The translations under genes and the position numbers were made by a program. This document shows, in pieces, positions 21,515 through 31,095 of a stretch of 64,000 nt of DNA. The notes below the pieces were generated by a model that saw only the letters and a program-made list of their open reading frames with translations, made no database searches and was not told the DNA's origin. How positions within the stretch are numbered: the first letter of the stretch is position 1; each line of letters begins with the position of its first letter. The DNA comes from Methylococcales bacterium (lineage in GTDB: Bacteria > Pseudomonadota > Gammaproteobacteria > Methylococcales > Methylomonadaceae), in contig JAVVEW010000001.1 of NCBI GenBank assembly GCA_032251045.1, forward strand, positions 58,484-122,483, written 5' to 3'.

Positions 21515-22728
21515 GCCAGTTTCTGGAAAATCAAGGTGGCGTTGGTGCCGCCAAAGCCGAAGCTGTTGGACATGACGGTGTTCAGGGTCACGCCGGTTTC
21601 CAGGCTGCGCACGATGGCGATGCCTTCGGCTTGTGGGTCAAGCTGTTCGATATTGGCCGAGGCGCTGATAAAACCCTCTTCCATCATCAGTAGGCTGTAA
21701 ATCGCTTCGTTAACGCCGGCCGCGCCCAGGGCATGGCCGGTCAGGGATTTGGTGGAGCTGACTTTGGGTACCCCGGTGTCGCCGAAGACTTCCCGCATTG
21801 CCGCCAGTTCCTTGGTGTCGCCCACCGGTGTGCTGGTGCCGTGGGCGTTGATGTAATCGATCGGTTCATGAACCGTGGTCAGCGCCTGACGCATGCAGCG
21901 CACCGCGCCTTCGCCGGAGGGTTGTACCATGTCATAACCGTCCGACGTGGCCCCGTAACCGACCAGTTCGGCGTAAATTTTCGCACCCCGGGCTTTGGCG
22001 TGTTCCAACTCTTCCAAAACCAGCACGCCGCCGCCGCCGGAAATCACGAAACCGTCGCGCTTGGCGTCATACGGCCGGGAAGCCCGTTCGGGGTTGTCGT
22101 TGTAGCCGGTTGATAACGCGCCCATGGCGTCGAACAACACGCTCATGGTCCAGTGCAGCTCTTCGCCGCCGCCGGCGAACACGATGTCCTGTTTACCCAT
22201 TTGAATCAGCTCCATGCCGTGGCCGATGCAATGCGCACTGGTGGCGCAGGCTGAGCTGATCGAGTAATTGACGCCTTTGATTTTGAATGGTGTCGCAAGG
22301 CAAGCGGTGTTGGTGCTGGACATGGTGCGCGGCACCATGTACGGCCCAACCCGCTTGACGCCTTTCTGGCGGAGAGTGTCGGCGGCATTGACCAGGTTGG
22401 ATGTGGATGGCCCGCCCGACCCCATCACCAGGCCAGTGCGCTCGTGGGAAATTTCGCTTGGCTCAAGTCCGGAATCGGCAATCGCCTGAGCCATGGCAAT
22501 ATAGTTATACGCCGCGCCATCACCCATGAATCGCTTGATCTTGCGGTCAATATGCGCATCAAGGTCGATGTTGACAGCGGCATGAATCTGGCTGCGGAAG
22601 CCTAAGTCGCGGTATTCCTCCACAAATACTGCGCCAGAGCGACCCGCACGCAGGGAGTCAATGACCTCCTGGCGATGGTTGCCGATGCTGGAAACAATGC
22701 CTAATCCGGTTACGACAGTTCTTCTCAT
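21511..22728 (-). CDS. fabB: 3-oxoacyl-ACP synthase I.
   Basis: The gene is 405 aa with the active-site Cys context SSACATS and a GH...GH dyad. It lies downstream of fabA. Confidence 0.9.
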   Translation of the reverse strand: MRRTVVTGLGIVSSIGNHRQEVIDSLRAGRSGAVFVEEYRDLGFRSQIHAAVNIDLDAHIDRKIKRFMGDGAAYNYIAMAQAIADSGLEPSEISHERTGLVMGSGGPSTSNLVNAADTLRQKGVKRVGPYMVPRTMSSTNTACLATPFKIKGVNYSISSACATSAHCIGHGMELIQMGKQDIVFAGGGEELHWTMSVLFDAMGALSTGYNDNPERASRPYDAKRDGFVISGGGGVLVLEELEHAKARGAKIYAELVGYGATSDGYDMVQPSGEGAVRCMRQALTTVHEPIDYINAHGTSTPVGDTKELAAMREVFGDTGVPKVSSTKSLTGHALGAAGVNEAIYSLLMMEEGFISASANIEQLDPQAEGIAIVRSLETGVTLNTVMSNSFGFGGTNATLIFQKLA

Positions 22729-22740
22729 ACCCGTGCTGCC

Positions 22741-23259
22741 TTAAAATTCGTCTGTAGATTTGAATAAACCGACGCGAAGATCGCTGGCAAAGTAGATTTC
22801 CTTGCCATCCACGGACATCGTGGCATCGGCGATACCCATCACCAATTTACGCATGATCACTCGCTTCAGGTCGATATGGTAAGTTACTTTTTGGGCGGTG
22901 GGTAACACCTGACCGGTAAATTTGACTTCCTTCACCCCCAGCGCCCGGCCTTTGCCCGGCCCCCCTAGCCAGCACAAATAGAAGCCGATCAACTGCCACA
23001 TGGCATCCAGTCCCAGGCAGCCTGGCATGACAGGATCGCCCTGGAAGTGGCAGTCAAAAAACCACAGCTCGGGCTTGATGTCGAGTTCGGCAATGATTTC
23101 TCCTTTGCCATATTTGCCGCCGATGTCGCTGATATGAGTGATTCTGTCCATCATCAGCATGTTGGGCAGAGGTAATTGCGCGTTTTTCGGGCCGTAAAGT
23201 TCGCCTCGCCCTGACTTGAGCAATTCCTCGCGAGTGAAACTGTTCTGTTTCTGCATCAA
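22741..23259 (-). CDS. fabA: 3-hydroxydecanoyl-ACP dehydratase/isomerase.
   Basis: The sequence aligns with E. coli FabA ([24 protein letters not shown]). Confidence 0.9.
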   Translation of the reverse strand: MMQKQNSFTREELLKSGRGELYGPKNAQLPLPNMLMMDRITHISDIGGKYGKGEIIAELDIKPELWFFDCHFQGDPVMPGCLGLDAMWQLIGFYLCWLGGPGKGRALGVKEVKFTGQVLPTAQKVTYHIDLKRVIMRKLVMGIADATMSVDGKEIYFASDLRVGLFKSTDEF

Positions 23260-23513
23260 AAATCCTGTGCCGTTTTGTAATTTAACCCTATATTATCTTA
23301 CAGACCGGTAAAAAAATCAGCAGCAATTTGTGTAAATTGCTGTTGAGGGTCTCGGTGAAGGTTTGTTCAGGTCGGCAGCTCGGCCTTGGCGAGAGCGCAA
23401 AGCCGGCGCTTTGAGAAGGCTGGGGCGTCTTGTATTTATACCTGTCGTAGTTTAACAGCGGCCTTTTCCTAGGGCGCTGCCGAACCCTAAACGGCAAAAC
23501 CATACTGCGCATC

Positions 23514-24053
23514 ATGTGCCGCAAAGCTCGCAAGTCTACCGCTGTAATGGCCGTAATTACCGCCAAACACTTGCCGGATTCATTTTATCCGGAAGGTGGC
23601 CCGCGCATCAGCCTCCGAAACGCCCTTTTCCGCGCAGTAGCCTCGAACATCCAGATCCGCACCAAAAACAGCAATAAGTCGCATGGCTTCGGTCCGATCA
23701 ACCCCGATACCTTTTTGCCCTTCCCGAAAAAACCGGTCATTGCCCGTTTTTTCCGGAAAATCGGCCGGGCCGATGAGCCAGGCTCTGGCGTGCGCAATTT
23801 GCTCAAATACGGCCAAGTCTATGGCGGGCAAGAGCCGGAGTTTGTGGAAGGTGATATTTTCCGAATCATCGTCAAATACCCCGACGTGGCACATGAATCG
23901 GACAAGGCCCCGGAAGTACGTTTGCCGAAGGCTTTAATCGGGGAGGTGAGCAGGCAAGAATTGCAATCAGCGCTAGAGCTTAAAGATTACGAACATTTTC
24001 TTGACATCTCACGTCACAGGCTAATCGGGCGTGCCCCGCCCTTAAAGCAGTGA
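23514..24053 (+). pseudogene. Remnant of a COG2865-type ATP-dependent DNA helicase RecG-like / HTH transcriptional regulator. Only the C-terminal part is present.
   Basis: FFRKIGRADEPGSGVRNLLKYGQVYGGQEPEFVE matches the conserved (F.R.G..E..GSGI.K......G.P.PEF.E) C-terminal motif of this family. There is no N-terminal ATPase, and the 3' end overlaps the TnpB remnant. Confidence 0.45.
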
Positions 24054-24294
24054 TAGCACTGACCACATCGGCGTTTTCCTCGCAACCAAAGTCCACACAC
24101 TCGAACTGAGCTTGACTGAGCCGGTTCTCTTTGGCGATATGGCCGCAGCACGGACACGTCCTGTGGGTATTGCTGGGTGGCACGGTCATGAGATGATCGC
24201 CATTCCTGGCCAGTACTGCAGGGTGGATAAGCCTGAACGGCGCATCCACCAAAATGCCGCAAACCCTGTTGTAGGCCGGGCAAAGGAACAACAA
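23980..24294 (-). mobile_element. tnpB: IS200/IS605-family TnpB (OrfB) C-terminal remnant with a zinc ribbon.
   Basis: NTHRTCPCCGHIAKENRLSQAQFEC...CEENADVVSAITALRAGHARLACDV is the canonical TnpB C-terminus. The N-terminal roughly 300 aa are absent. Confidence 0.7.
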
Positions 24295-24633
24295 GTGACG
24301 AGCCCAACACAGGCGTCGACATTAAGCCCCCCCCTTTTTTTTCAGACGCCTACAGCCCCCCCGAATAAAACGTTGCAGCAAGGCGATGCGTTCGCGCTGG
24401 TTGGAATGGCTGTGCCTTGAAAACGGCCAGTATGTCACTAGCCAATCGCATCGTCACGCGTGACTTCCCGCCTGCTCAGCTTGTAATTTTGCAAGTACGG
24501 GCACGGCAGATACGGACTTGGCATCGCTGAATCCATGTTGACATAACGATCGAACAGCGGGCTAGTCAATTGAGGAGAAGAGTTTAGACTGGCCAGTCCA
24601 AGCCCTGCTATTATCCCCGTACCGCGAGTCTGC

Positions 24634-25563
24634 CTAGCCGTCCTGATTGATCTGCTCAATCAGCTCCTGGAGCACCTGCTCGGCCTGATCATTATCCACC
24701 TGGCAGGTGCCGGCATTCAGGTGACCGCCGCCGTTGTATTTCAGGCAGAGTTCACCGACATTGGTGTTGGAGGTCTTGTTTAGAATGGATTTGCCGATGG
24801 CAAAAACCGTGTTCTGTTTTTTCAGGCCCCACAAGACATGGATGGATATATTGCACTTGGGGTAGAGGGCATAAAGCGTAAAGCGGTTGGTGGCATAGAT
24901 AGTTTCCTGCTCACGCAAATCCAGGATGATCAGGTTATCATGCACGGTGGCGCACTTCTGGATCTGCTGACGGGCCTTGCTGTCATGCTCAAAGTACAGC
25001 TGGGTGCGCTCCTTGACATCCGGCAGCTCCAGAATTTCCTCAATGGTGTGGTTGCGGCAGTAGTCAATCAGCTGCATCATCAACTGGTAGTTGGAAATAT
25101 GGAACTCACGAAAGCGCCCCAGGCCGGTGCGCGCATCCATGATAAAGTTCAGAAGCACCCAGCCTTCAGGGTTCAAAACCTCATCTTCGGTGAAGTCGGC
25201 TGAATCGCCCTTGTCCACAGCCTCCATCATGTCATCCCAGTGCTTGGGGAATACTTCATGGCCGCCATAATAGTCATAAACCACCCGCGCCGCCGAAGGG
25301 GCATCGGGGTCAATGAGGTGGTTTTCTGCCCGCTCTTCGTTACGCAGGGTTTCACTCAGGTGGTGATCAAAAGCCAGATGGCAGCCGGGCACATAGGGCA
25401 GGTTGGTGGTGATATCATCGGCACCGATTTCAATCTTGCCATCCTGCATGTCCTTGGGGTGCACAAACCGGATGTCATCGATTAAATCCAGGTGCTTTAA
25501 GAGGGCCGCACACACCAAGCCATCGAAATCGCTACGGGTGACCAGACGGTATTTTTCTGACAT
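24634..25563 (-). CDS. DHH/DHHA1 phosphoesterase (NrnA-like oligoribonuclease / pAp phosphatase family).
   Basis: SDFDGLVCAALL, the DHH motif in LAFDHHLSE, and the DHHA1 motif GGGHLNAG are all present. The gene is 309 aa. Confidence 0.65.
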   Translation of the reverse strand: MSEKYRLVTRSDFDGLVCAALLKHLDLIDDIRFVHPKDMQDGKIEIGADDITTNLPYVPGCHLAFDHHLSETLRNEERAENHLIDPDAPSAARVVYDYYGGHEVFPKHWDDMMEAVDKGDSADFTEDEVLNPEGWVLLNFIMDARTGLGRFREFHISNYQLMMQLIDYCRNHTIEEILELPDVKERTQLYFEHDSKARQQIQKCATVHDNLIILDLREQETIYATNRFTLYALYPKCNISIHVLWGLKKQNTVFAIGKSILNKTSNTNVGELCLKYNGGGHLNAGTCQVDNDQAEQVLQELIEQINQDG

Positions 25564-25639
25564 GCAATTCTCCTGTTATAAGTTGTATTTACCTAAAAAC
25601 CACATTCACCTAGAAACTAGACTCACACCTTAGCTTACT

Positions 25640-26150
25640 TTGATTACGGTACCTTTTCTATATTCTATCACTTTCGCTGGCATCATCTGGGCGCTCGGCA
25701 GGGTTCGGGCGCATCCTGGCGAGCAGCGCCGCTGTCAGGCTGGAGCGGACTTCCTGCTTGGGGTGGCGCAGCTTGTACTGAGCGACTGCCCCGACACGAC
25801 GCACCTAGTCAATAGTCAAGTAGCCTGTCTGCCATAGCAGCGTCTCGGTGCCGATAGAGTCCGTATCAAACGCCGACAACAAGGACTCAGGGGCCAGCAG
25901 CTGCTCTAAAGCAGGCATAAACAGGTGACGTTTGATCGACAGATCAACCAGGCTCGTTTTTTTGATGAAGCCGAGTAGTCGGATGAATCAGAGCAGGCCG
26001 CTCCGGAAATATTTGTCCCAGCCCAAATGTCCTTTTAGAATCACTCTCAGTCCATCGCTCAGTTCCATTTTCATCTCCTGTTTGGTCGCAAGATTGAAAC
26101 GAATGAGCGATGGATTTTCAAGTCCTTTATTGAACCTTATTGTAAATCAA
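25640..26150 (-). pseudogene. Frameshifted fragments of an AAA-ATPase-like/DUF1703 (PD-(D/E)XK) family gene.
   Basis: Hand translation of the minus strand gives ...SIKRHLFMPALEQLLAPESLLSAFDTDSIGTETLLWQTGYLTID* and ...NPSLIRFNLATKQEMKMELSDGLRVILKGHLGWDKYFRSGLL*. The ...QTGYLTI signature fits the PF09820 family. No minus-strand ORF of 60 aa or more was found there. Confidence 0.35.
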
Positions 26151-26205
26151 TGACTTAGGATTTTTTGGTCGTGTACAGAGCGTTAAGCTAAAAAAGGGTG
26201 GAAAC

Positions 26206-27111
26206 GTGAACCGAAAAGAGAAAATATTGCAGCACATAGATAAGGATGGGTATGGAATCGAAATTGGTCCTAGCCACAACCCCATAGCCTCAAAGAAAGA
26301 AGGCTACAAGGTGCAAATTATTGACCACATGAGCCGTGAAGAGTTGATAAAAAAATACCAAGATCATGGTGTAAATCTTGGAAATATTGAGGAGGTTGAT
26401 TTTGTCTGGCAAGGAGAAGAATATTCTGAATTAACAAGCAAGAGTAAGTATTACGATTGGATTATTGCTTCACATGTAATTGAACATGCACCTGACTTAA
26501 TTGCTTTTCTTAACGATTGCGACACTATCCTAAAAGACGAAGGAGTGATTTCTCTTGTCATACCAGATAAACGATACTGTTTTGACCATTACCGACCAAT
26601 TACTGGAATTTCTAAAATTATAGATAACCATTTTCAGAAAAATAGGATTCATTCTCCGGGAACGGTGGCAGAATATTATTTAAATGTAGTAGCAAAGCAA
26701 AAGAAAATTGCATGGGATTCAAATGCCGACGGAGAATACAGTTTTGTCCATTCGTTAGAGGATGCGCTTTAAGGAATGAGGTCGGTTGTAAATGAAAATG
26801 CATATTTGGATGTTCATGCTTGGTGTTTTGTTCCACATTCTTTTAGACTAATTATTCACGACCTTTTTTGTCTTGGGCTTATTCCTTTCAAAGAGGTCAG
26901 CTTCTGCCCGACTGATGGGTGCGAATTCTATGTTACATTAGGAAGAAGTGGGCAAGGTGTTAACAAATCAAGAATGGAAATGCTGAGTATTATAGAATCT
27001 GAAATAATTGATAGAGTAGACATAACAACAGAGCCTTTGCCACCAGTTAGTGAGAATGAAGACATCGTAAAACGCCTAACAAGACGCTGCACAGGATGGC
27101 TATTCCGCTAG
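26206..27111 (+). pseudogene. Low-GC class I SAM-dependent methyltransferase. A single reading frame is interrupted by an in-frame TAA at 26770-26772. It may instead be two adjacent genes.
   Basis: Motif I is GYGIEIGPSH and motif II-like is WIIASHVIEHAPD. The ORFs 26206..26772 and 26776..27111 are in the same frame. GC is about 37%, against about 56% for the surrounding sequence. Confidence 0.55.
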
Positions 27112-27398
27112 ACAGTGTCGTCACGAGATTCCAGTCCATAACATGAGGCAGCGAATTTGGACGGCGGCCAGAAACGAATCGGGCCGTTTCGTATAGCGGG
27201 TGGCGATGGCTCTCCAACGCTTGAGGGGCAAGAGGGCGTTCTCGACCAAATGCCGCATCTTTACAGATGCTTGTCATACGCCCGTTGTGCCTTGCGATGG
27301 TTCCGCGGCGGCATCTCTGTGCCTCTATGCCCTGGCGGCATGCCTGCTCCACGATAGCATTACTGCCATAGCCTTTCTTGTACTAACCACGTTAATAT

Positions 27399-27650
27399 GT
27401 GGCCCATAACTTTTTCAGCAGGAATTCAAAGCTGGCGAGATTGCGACATAAAGAGCGTTGGCTCGAATACTGCCAAGCCTTAATCGAAGGACAGGCCTTA
27501 CGCGCCGCAGCAGAGCGATGTGGCATCAACAAAAGCCCCCGTTTTCGCTGGTGTCATCGATTCCTCGACGAGATAGCGAATCTTAAGGCGGATTACCTGG
27601 TCGGCATTGTCGAGGCTGATGAAACCTATTTTCCGGCCTCTTTCACCTAA
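27399..27650 (+). mobile_element. IS1595-family (ISXO2-like) transposase N-terminal fragment.
   Basis: ...AAAERCGINKSPRFRWCHRFLDEIANLKADYLVGIVEADETYF matches the ISXO2-like HTH and V(E/D)VDETY(F/I)GG region. It is truncated after about 83 aa. Confidence 0.55.
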
Positions 27651-27780
27651 AAGCTCCCCTTATCTCAACAGGGCGGTTGGAGGGGGTGAGGGGGCTGGTT
27701 GTTTTGAAGGAGTGGGGGGTTGGGTTTTTTGATTAATCTTCCGGCTTGGCCTTGGTGGGCTCTGTATGCGGCCTCCGCGC

Positions 27781-27853
27781 GTAACCGTTCACCGGCCTAA
27801 TCCGGTCATGCTTGCTAAAACAAGCCTGTAGCGTCATGTCTGTGAACGGTTGC
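27781..27853 (+). repeat. Palindromic hairpin repeat, copy 1 (same 12-bp stem, expanded 49-nt loop).
   Basis: gtaaccgttcaccggcctaat...ctgtgaacggttgcgg. It lies just downstream of the LpxH-like gene 3' end. Confidence 0.65.
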
Positions 27854-27862
27854 GGCGAGGTG

Positions 27863-28654
27863 TCAGGCTTGTGAGTTTGCCGGGTGGTCATGGCCTGGGG
27901 ATGGGGTTTCTTGAGTATTGAGCCATTCGATCAATTCCAGCTCGCCGGATTCATGCTCGACAATGGCGGTGCAGCTTTCGACAAAGTCCCCGGTATTAAC
28001 GTATAGAAAGTCATCGATCGCTTTGATTTCGGCATGGTGAATGTGGCCGCAAATAACGCCGTTCAGTTGTTCGTTACGCAAGGTTGTGACAATGCTTTGT
28101 TCATAGTCTGATATGAACTGAACAATGTTTTTGACCTTGAACTTGATAAATGCCGCCAGGGAGAAGTTGGATTGGATGCCAAACAAGCGGCGGAACGCAC
28201 GTAGTATGCGATTGACCTCGATCAGAAAGTCATAACCTTTGCTGCCCAGTTTGGCGACCCATTGGTGGTATTGGGCGATGGTGTCGTATTCATCGCCATG
28301 CACTACCAGAAATGTGCGGCCGTCTGTGGTGGTGTGATAGGCGCTTTTTTGTACCACGATGTCGCCAAATACATAGCCATCGTAGTCGCGGACATTTTCG
28401 TCATGATTGCCTGGGATATAAAACACCTTGGTGCCGTGCCGCGCTTTGCGCAGGATTTTTTGTATGACCGTATTGTGTTCGGTGGGCCAATACATTTTTT
28501 TTGACAGCGCCCAGAAGTCGATGATGTCACCGACCAGATACAAAATGTCGCTGTCATTGTGTTTAAGAAAATCCAGCAACACAGATGCCTGGCATTGTGT
28601 GGAGCCAAGGTGTAGGTCTGATATCCAGATGGTGCGGTAATGATTGCTGCTCAT
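27863..28654 (-). CDS. LpxH-family metallophosphoesterase (UDP-2,3-diacylglucosamine diphosphatase-like).
   Basis: ISDLHLG, GDIIDFW, GNHDE, HGDE and GHIH are arranged as in LpxH. Confidence 0.6.
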   Translation of the reverse strand: MSSNHYRTIWISDLHLGSTQCQASVLLDFLKHNDSDILYLVGDIIDFWALSKKMYWPTEHNTVIQKILRKARHGTKVFYIPGNHDENVRDYDGYVFGDIVVQKSAYHTTTDGRTFLVVHGDEYDTIAQYHQWVAKLGSKGYDFLIEVNRILRAFRRLFGIQSNFSLAAFIKFKVKNIVQFISDYEQSIVTTLRNEQLNGVICGHIHHAEIKAIDDFLYVNTGDFVESCTAIVEHESGELELIEWLNTQETPSPGHDHPANSQA

Positions 28655-28677
28655 GATTGGAATACCGTTAGGGTTGA

Positions 28678-29358
28678 TCAGGGTTTTTTATGATGGGATT
28701 GGTAACGCTTAAGGATTAGGGGGGTGAGTGACAGGGTTAAAATTAACAGCAGGGCGCCAATGACTTCGCCCTGGAATAATTCGGTCAGTGAGCTGATTTG
28801 TTCAAGCTTGCTGCCGCCATTGGCGTAAATGATCGATGCCGGAATCACGCCCAGCAAAGAGCTGGCAAAATAATGGCGAAAGGAAATCCGGGAAATGCCG
28901 GCAACGAAATTGATTAGGAAATAGGGCACCACCATCATCAGGCGCAGGCTGAGAAAGTAATAAAAGCCATTGCGTTCTATCGCGTCTTCAACTTCTTCAA
29001 GTTTTTTCAGAAAGTGGGCCTCGAATGCGGATTTGAAGGCATAGCGGCTCAGCGCAAAGCCCAGTAAACAGGCATTGACGGTGGCCAGGATGTTGAACAA
29101 AGCCCCCAGATAGACGCCGAAAAAATAACCGCCCAGCACTTTGATCACGGCTGCTAAAGGTAGCGGAGAGTTTATGAACAAAGCGCAGGCAATGAAAAAG
29201 GCCATGACGGTGAGGGCGTAGTGTTCGTCAATCAGTGTGCTCAACCAGTCTTTATGATGAAGGATGTTGGCCAGGGTCATGGCATCGGCGAAATACCAGG
29301 ATATGAAGCCGATCAGTAGCAAGGCTGATAGGGCGAGCGAATGTTTAGTGATGCGCAT
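28678..29358 (-). CDS. TVP38/TMEM64 (DedA-like) membrane protein.
   Basis: It has several TM segments and the DedA-family core (LRLMMVVPYFLINFVAGISRISFRHYF). Confidence 0.65.
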   Translation of the reverse strand: MRITKHSLALSALLLIGFISWYFADAMTLANILHHKDWLSTLIDEHYALTVMAFFIACALFINSPLPLAAVIKVLGGYFFGVYLGALFNILATVNACLLGFALSRYAFKSAFEAHFLKKLEEVEDAIERNGFYYFLSLRLMMVVPYFLINFVAGISRISFRHYFASSLLGVIPASIIYANGGSKLEQISSLTELFQGEVIGALLLILTLSLTPLILKRYQSHHKKP

Positions 29359-29561
29359 GGCATAGGGTTTGGTCGGCTCCCGAATGTGTAGCCTGTCATT
29401 GATACCATGCCAAGATGACCTGAGTGTGACAGATGGCCGGTTAGCGTGTGTTGTCCTGTTGGGTGCGGAGGCTTTTTCCAGGCTAGGCGAACACGGTTGG
29501 CTATGCCATAATGACCCGCTGGTATGTCCCGTATTTAGGCGAGCAAAAAAAATCTGAAATT

Positions 29562-30617
29562 ATGGATGAAAATAGACAAAAAGCGTTGAGTTCGGCGGTA
29601 CTGCAAATCGAGAAACAATTTGGCAAAGGCTCGGTGATGCGCATGGGCGATGCCGCTGCCGACCGGGATATAAAGGTAGTTTCAACCGGCTCGCTGGCGC
29701 TGGACATTGCCCTGGGCGTGGGTGGTTTGCCGCGTGGCCGGGTGATCGAAATTTACGGGCCTGAATCTTCCGGCAAAACAACCTTGAGCCTGTCGGTGAT
29801 CGCGCAAATGCAAAAACTCGGCGGTACCGCAGCCTTTATCGATGCCGAACACGCGCTGGATCCCATCTATGCCGAAAAAATTGGCGTTGACCTGGAAGAT
29901 CTCCTGGTTTCACAGCCGGATACCGGTGAACAAGCCCTGGAAATTACCGACATGCTGGTGCGTTCCGGTGCGGTGGATGTGGTTGTTGTCGATTCGGTTG
30001 CCGCATTGACGCCGAAAGCGGAAATCGAAGGCGACATGGGCGATTCGCACATGGGACTTCAGGCGCGCTTGATGTCGCAAGCGCTTCGCAAGCTCACTGC
30101 CAACATCAAGCGCGCCAATACCCTGGTCATTTTCATCAATCAGATAAGGATGAAAATCGGCGTGATGTTCGGTAGCCCCGAAACCACCACCGGCGGTAAC
30201 GCGCTGAAATTCTATGCTTCGGTCAGATTGGATATTCGCCGCATTGGTTCGATCAAAAAAGGCGATGAAGTGGTAGGTAACGATACCCGCGTGAAAGTGG
30301 TCAAGAATAAAGTCGCACCACCGTTCAAACAGGCCGAGTTTGAAATTCTGTATGGCGAAGGCGTGTCCTTTCTCGGCGAGTTAGTCGATTTGGGCGTGGC
30401 TTATGGCTTCGTGCAGAAATCCGGTTCCTGGTACAGCTATGGCGATGACAAAATCGGCCAGGGCAAAGACAACGCCAAACTTTATTTCAAAGAGCACCCT
30501 GAAGCCGCTCAGGCATTGGAAGCAAAAATTCGCGCCCATGCCTTGCCTTCTGTCGTAGCGCCGCATACAGAAAACGATGCTATCGACGATATGCCTGACA
30601 GTCCGGTGAATGACTGA
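29562..30617 (+). CDS. recA: Recombinase RecA.
   Basis: MDENRQKAL...GPESSGKTT is the Walker A region. The length is about 351 aa. Confidence 0.95.
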   Translation: MDENRQKALSSAVLQIEKQFGKGSVMRMGDAAADRDIKVVSTGSLALDIALGVGGLPRGRVIEIYGPESSGKTTLSLSVIAQMQKLGGTAAFIDAEHALDPIYAEKIGVDLEDLLVSQPDTGEQALEITDMLVRSGAVDVVVVDSVAALTPKAEIEGDMGDSHMGLQARLMSQALRKLTANIKRANTLVIFINQIRMKIGVMFGSPETTTGGNALKFYASVRLDIRRIGSIKKGDEVVGNDTRVKVVKNKVAPPFKQAEFEILYGEGVSFLGELVDLGVAYGFVQKSGSWYSYGDDKIGQGKDNAKLYFKEHPEAAQALEAKIRAHALPSVVAPHTENDAIDDMPDSPVND

Positions 30618-31092
30618 CGTCGAAGCTAACGAGCTCGAAGCGGCAAGGCAATGCGCGTTGGGATTACTGGCGCGCCGCGAACACAGTGCAAAGGAGTTGC
30701 GGCATAAGTTATCACTGCGTGGCTATGCCGATGCGGTGATTCAGAATGTCGTGGACGAATGTATGGCCAAGGCGTGGCTGGATGATGGCCGATTTGCCGA
30801 AATCTACGCTCGTTCGCGGCTGGCAAAAGGCTACGGCCCATTAAAAATCGACCAGGAGCTGGCCCAGCGTGGCGTGGAAAAACCGAATTGGCCCGAGCTG
30901 TTGGCCGAACTTGCAACCGATTGGCCCACCTGTTTACGCAACGTCTATCAACGCAAGTATGGAAGCGCCCCTCCAGATGGCCGCGCAGATTATGCCCGAT
31001 GCGTTCGTTTTCTGGTGCAACGTGGTTTTCCGCTTACGCTTATCCAAACCGTATTGTCGGAAATTACTCATTCAGCAAATGGAAAAGATTGA
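30610..31092 (+). CDS. recX: RecA regulator RecX.
   Basis: It overlaps recA by 8 nt and has the characteristic three-helix repeats. Confidence 0.85.
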   Translation: MTDVEANELEAARQCALGLLARREHSAKELRHKLSLRGYADAVIQNVVDECMAKAWLDDGRFAEIYARSRLAKGYGPLKIDQELAQRGVEKPNWPELLAELATDWPTCLRNVYQRKYGSAPPDGRADYARCVRFLVQRGFPLTLIQTVLSEITHSANGKD

Positions 31093-31095
31093 CTC

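Noticed and set aside
27112-27398. A 101-aa minus-strand ORF (27047..27352) and small plus-strand ORFs between the methyltransferase and the IS1595 stub.
   Set aside because: There are no motifs, GC-biased arbitrary composition, and overlapping alternative frames. They are most likely decayed spacer DNA of the accessory stretch.
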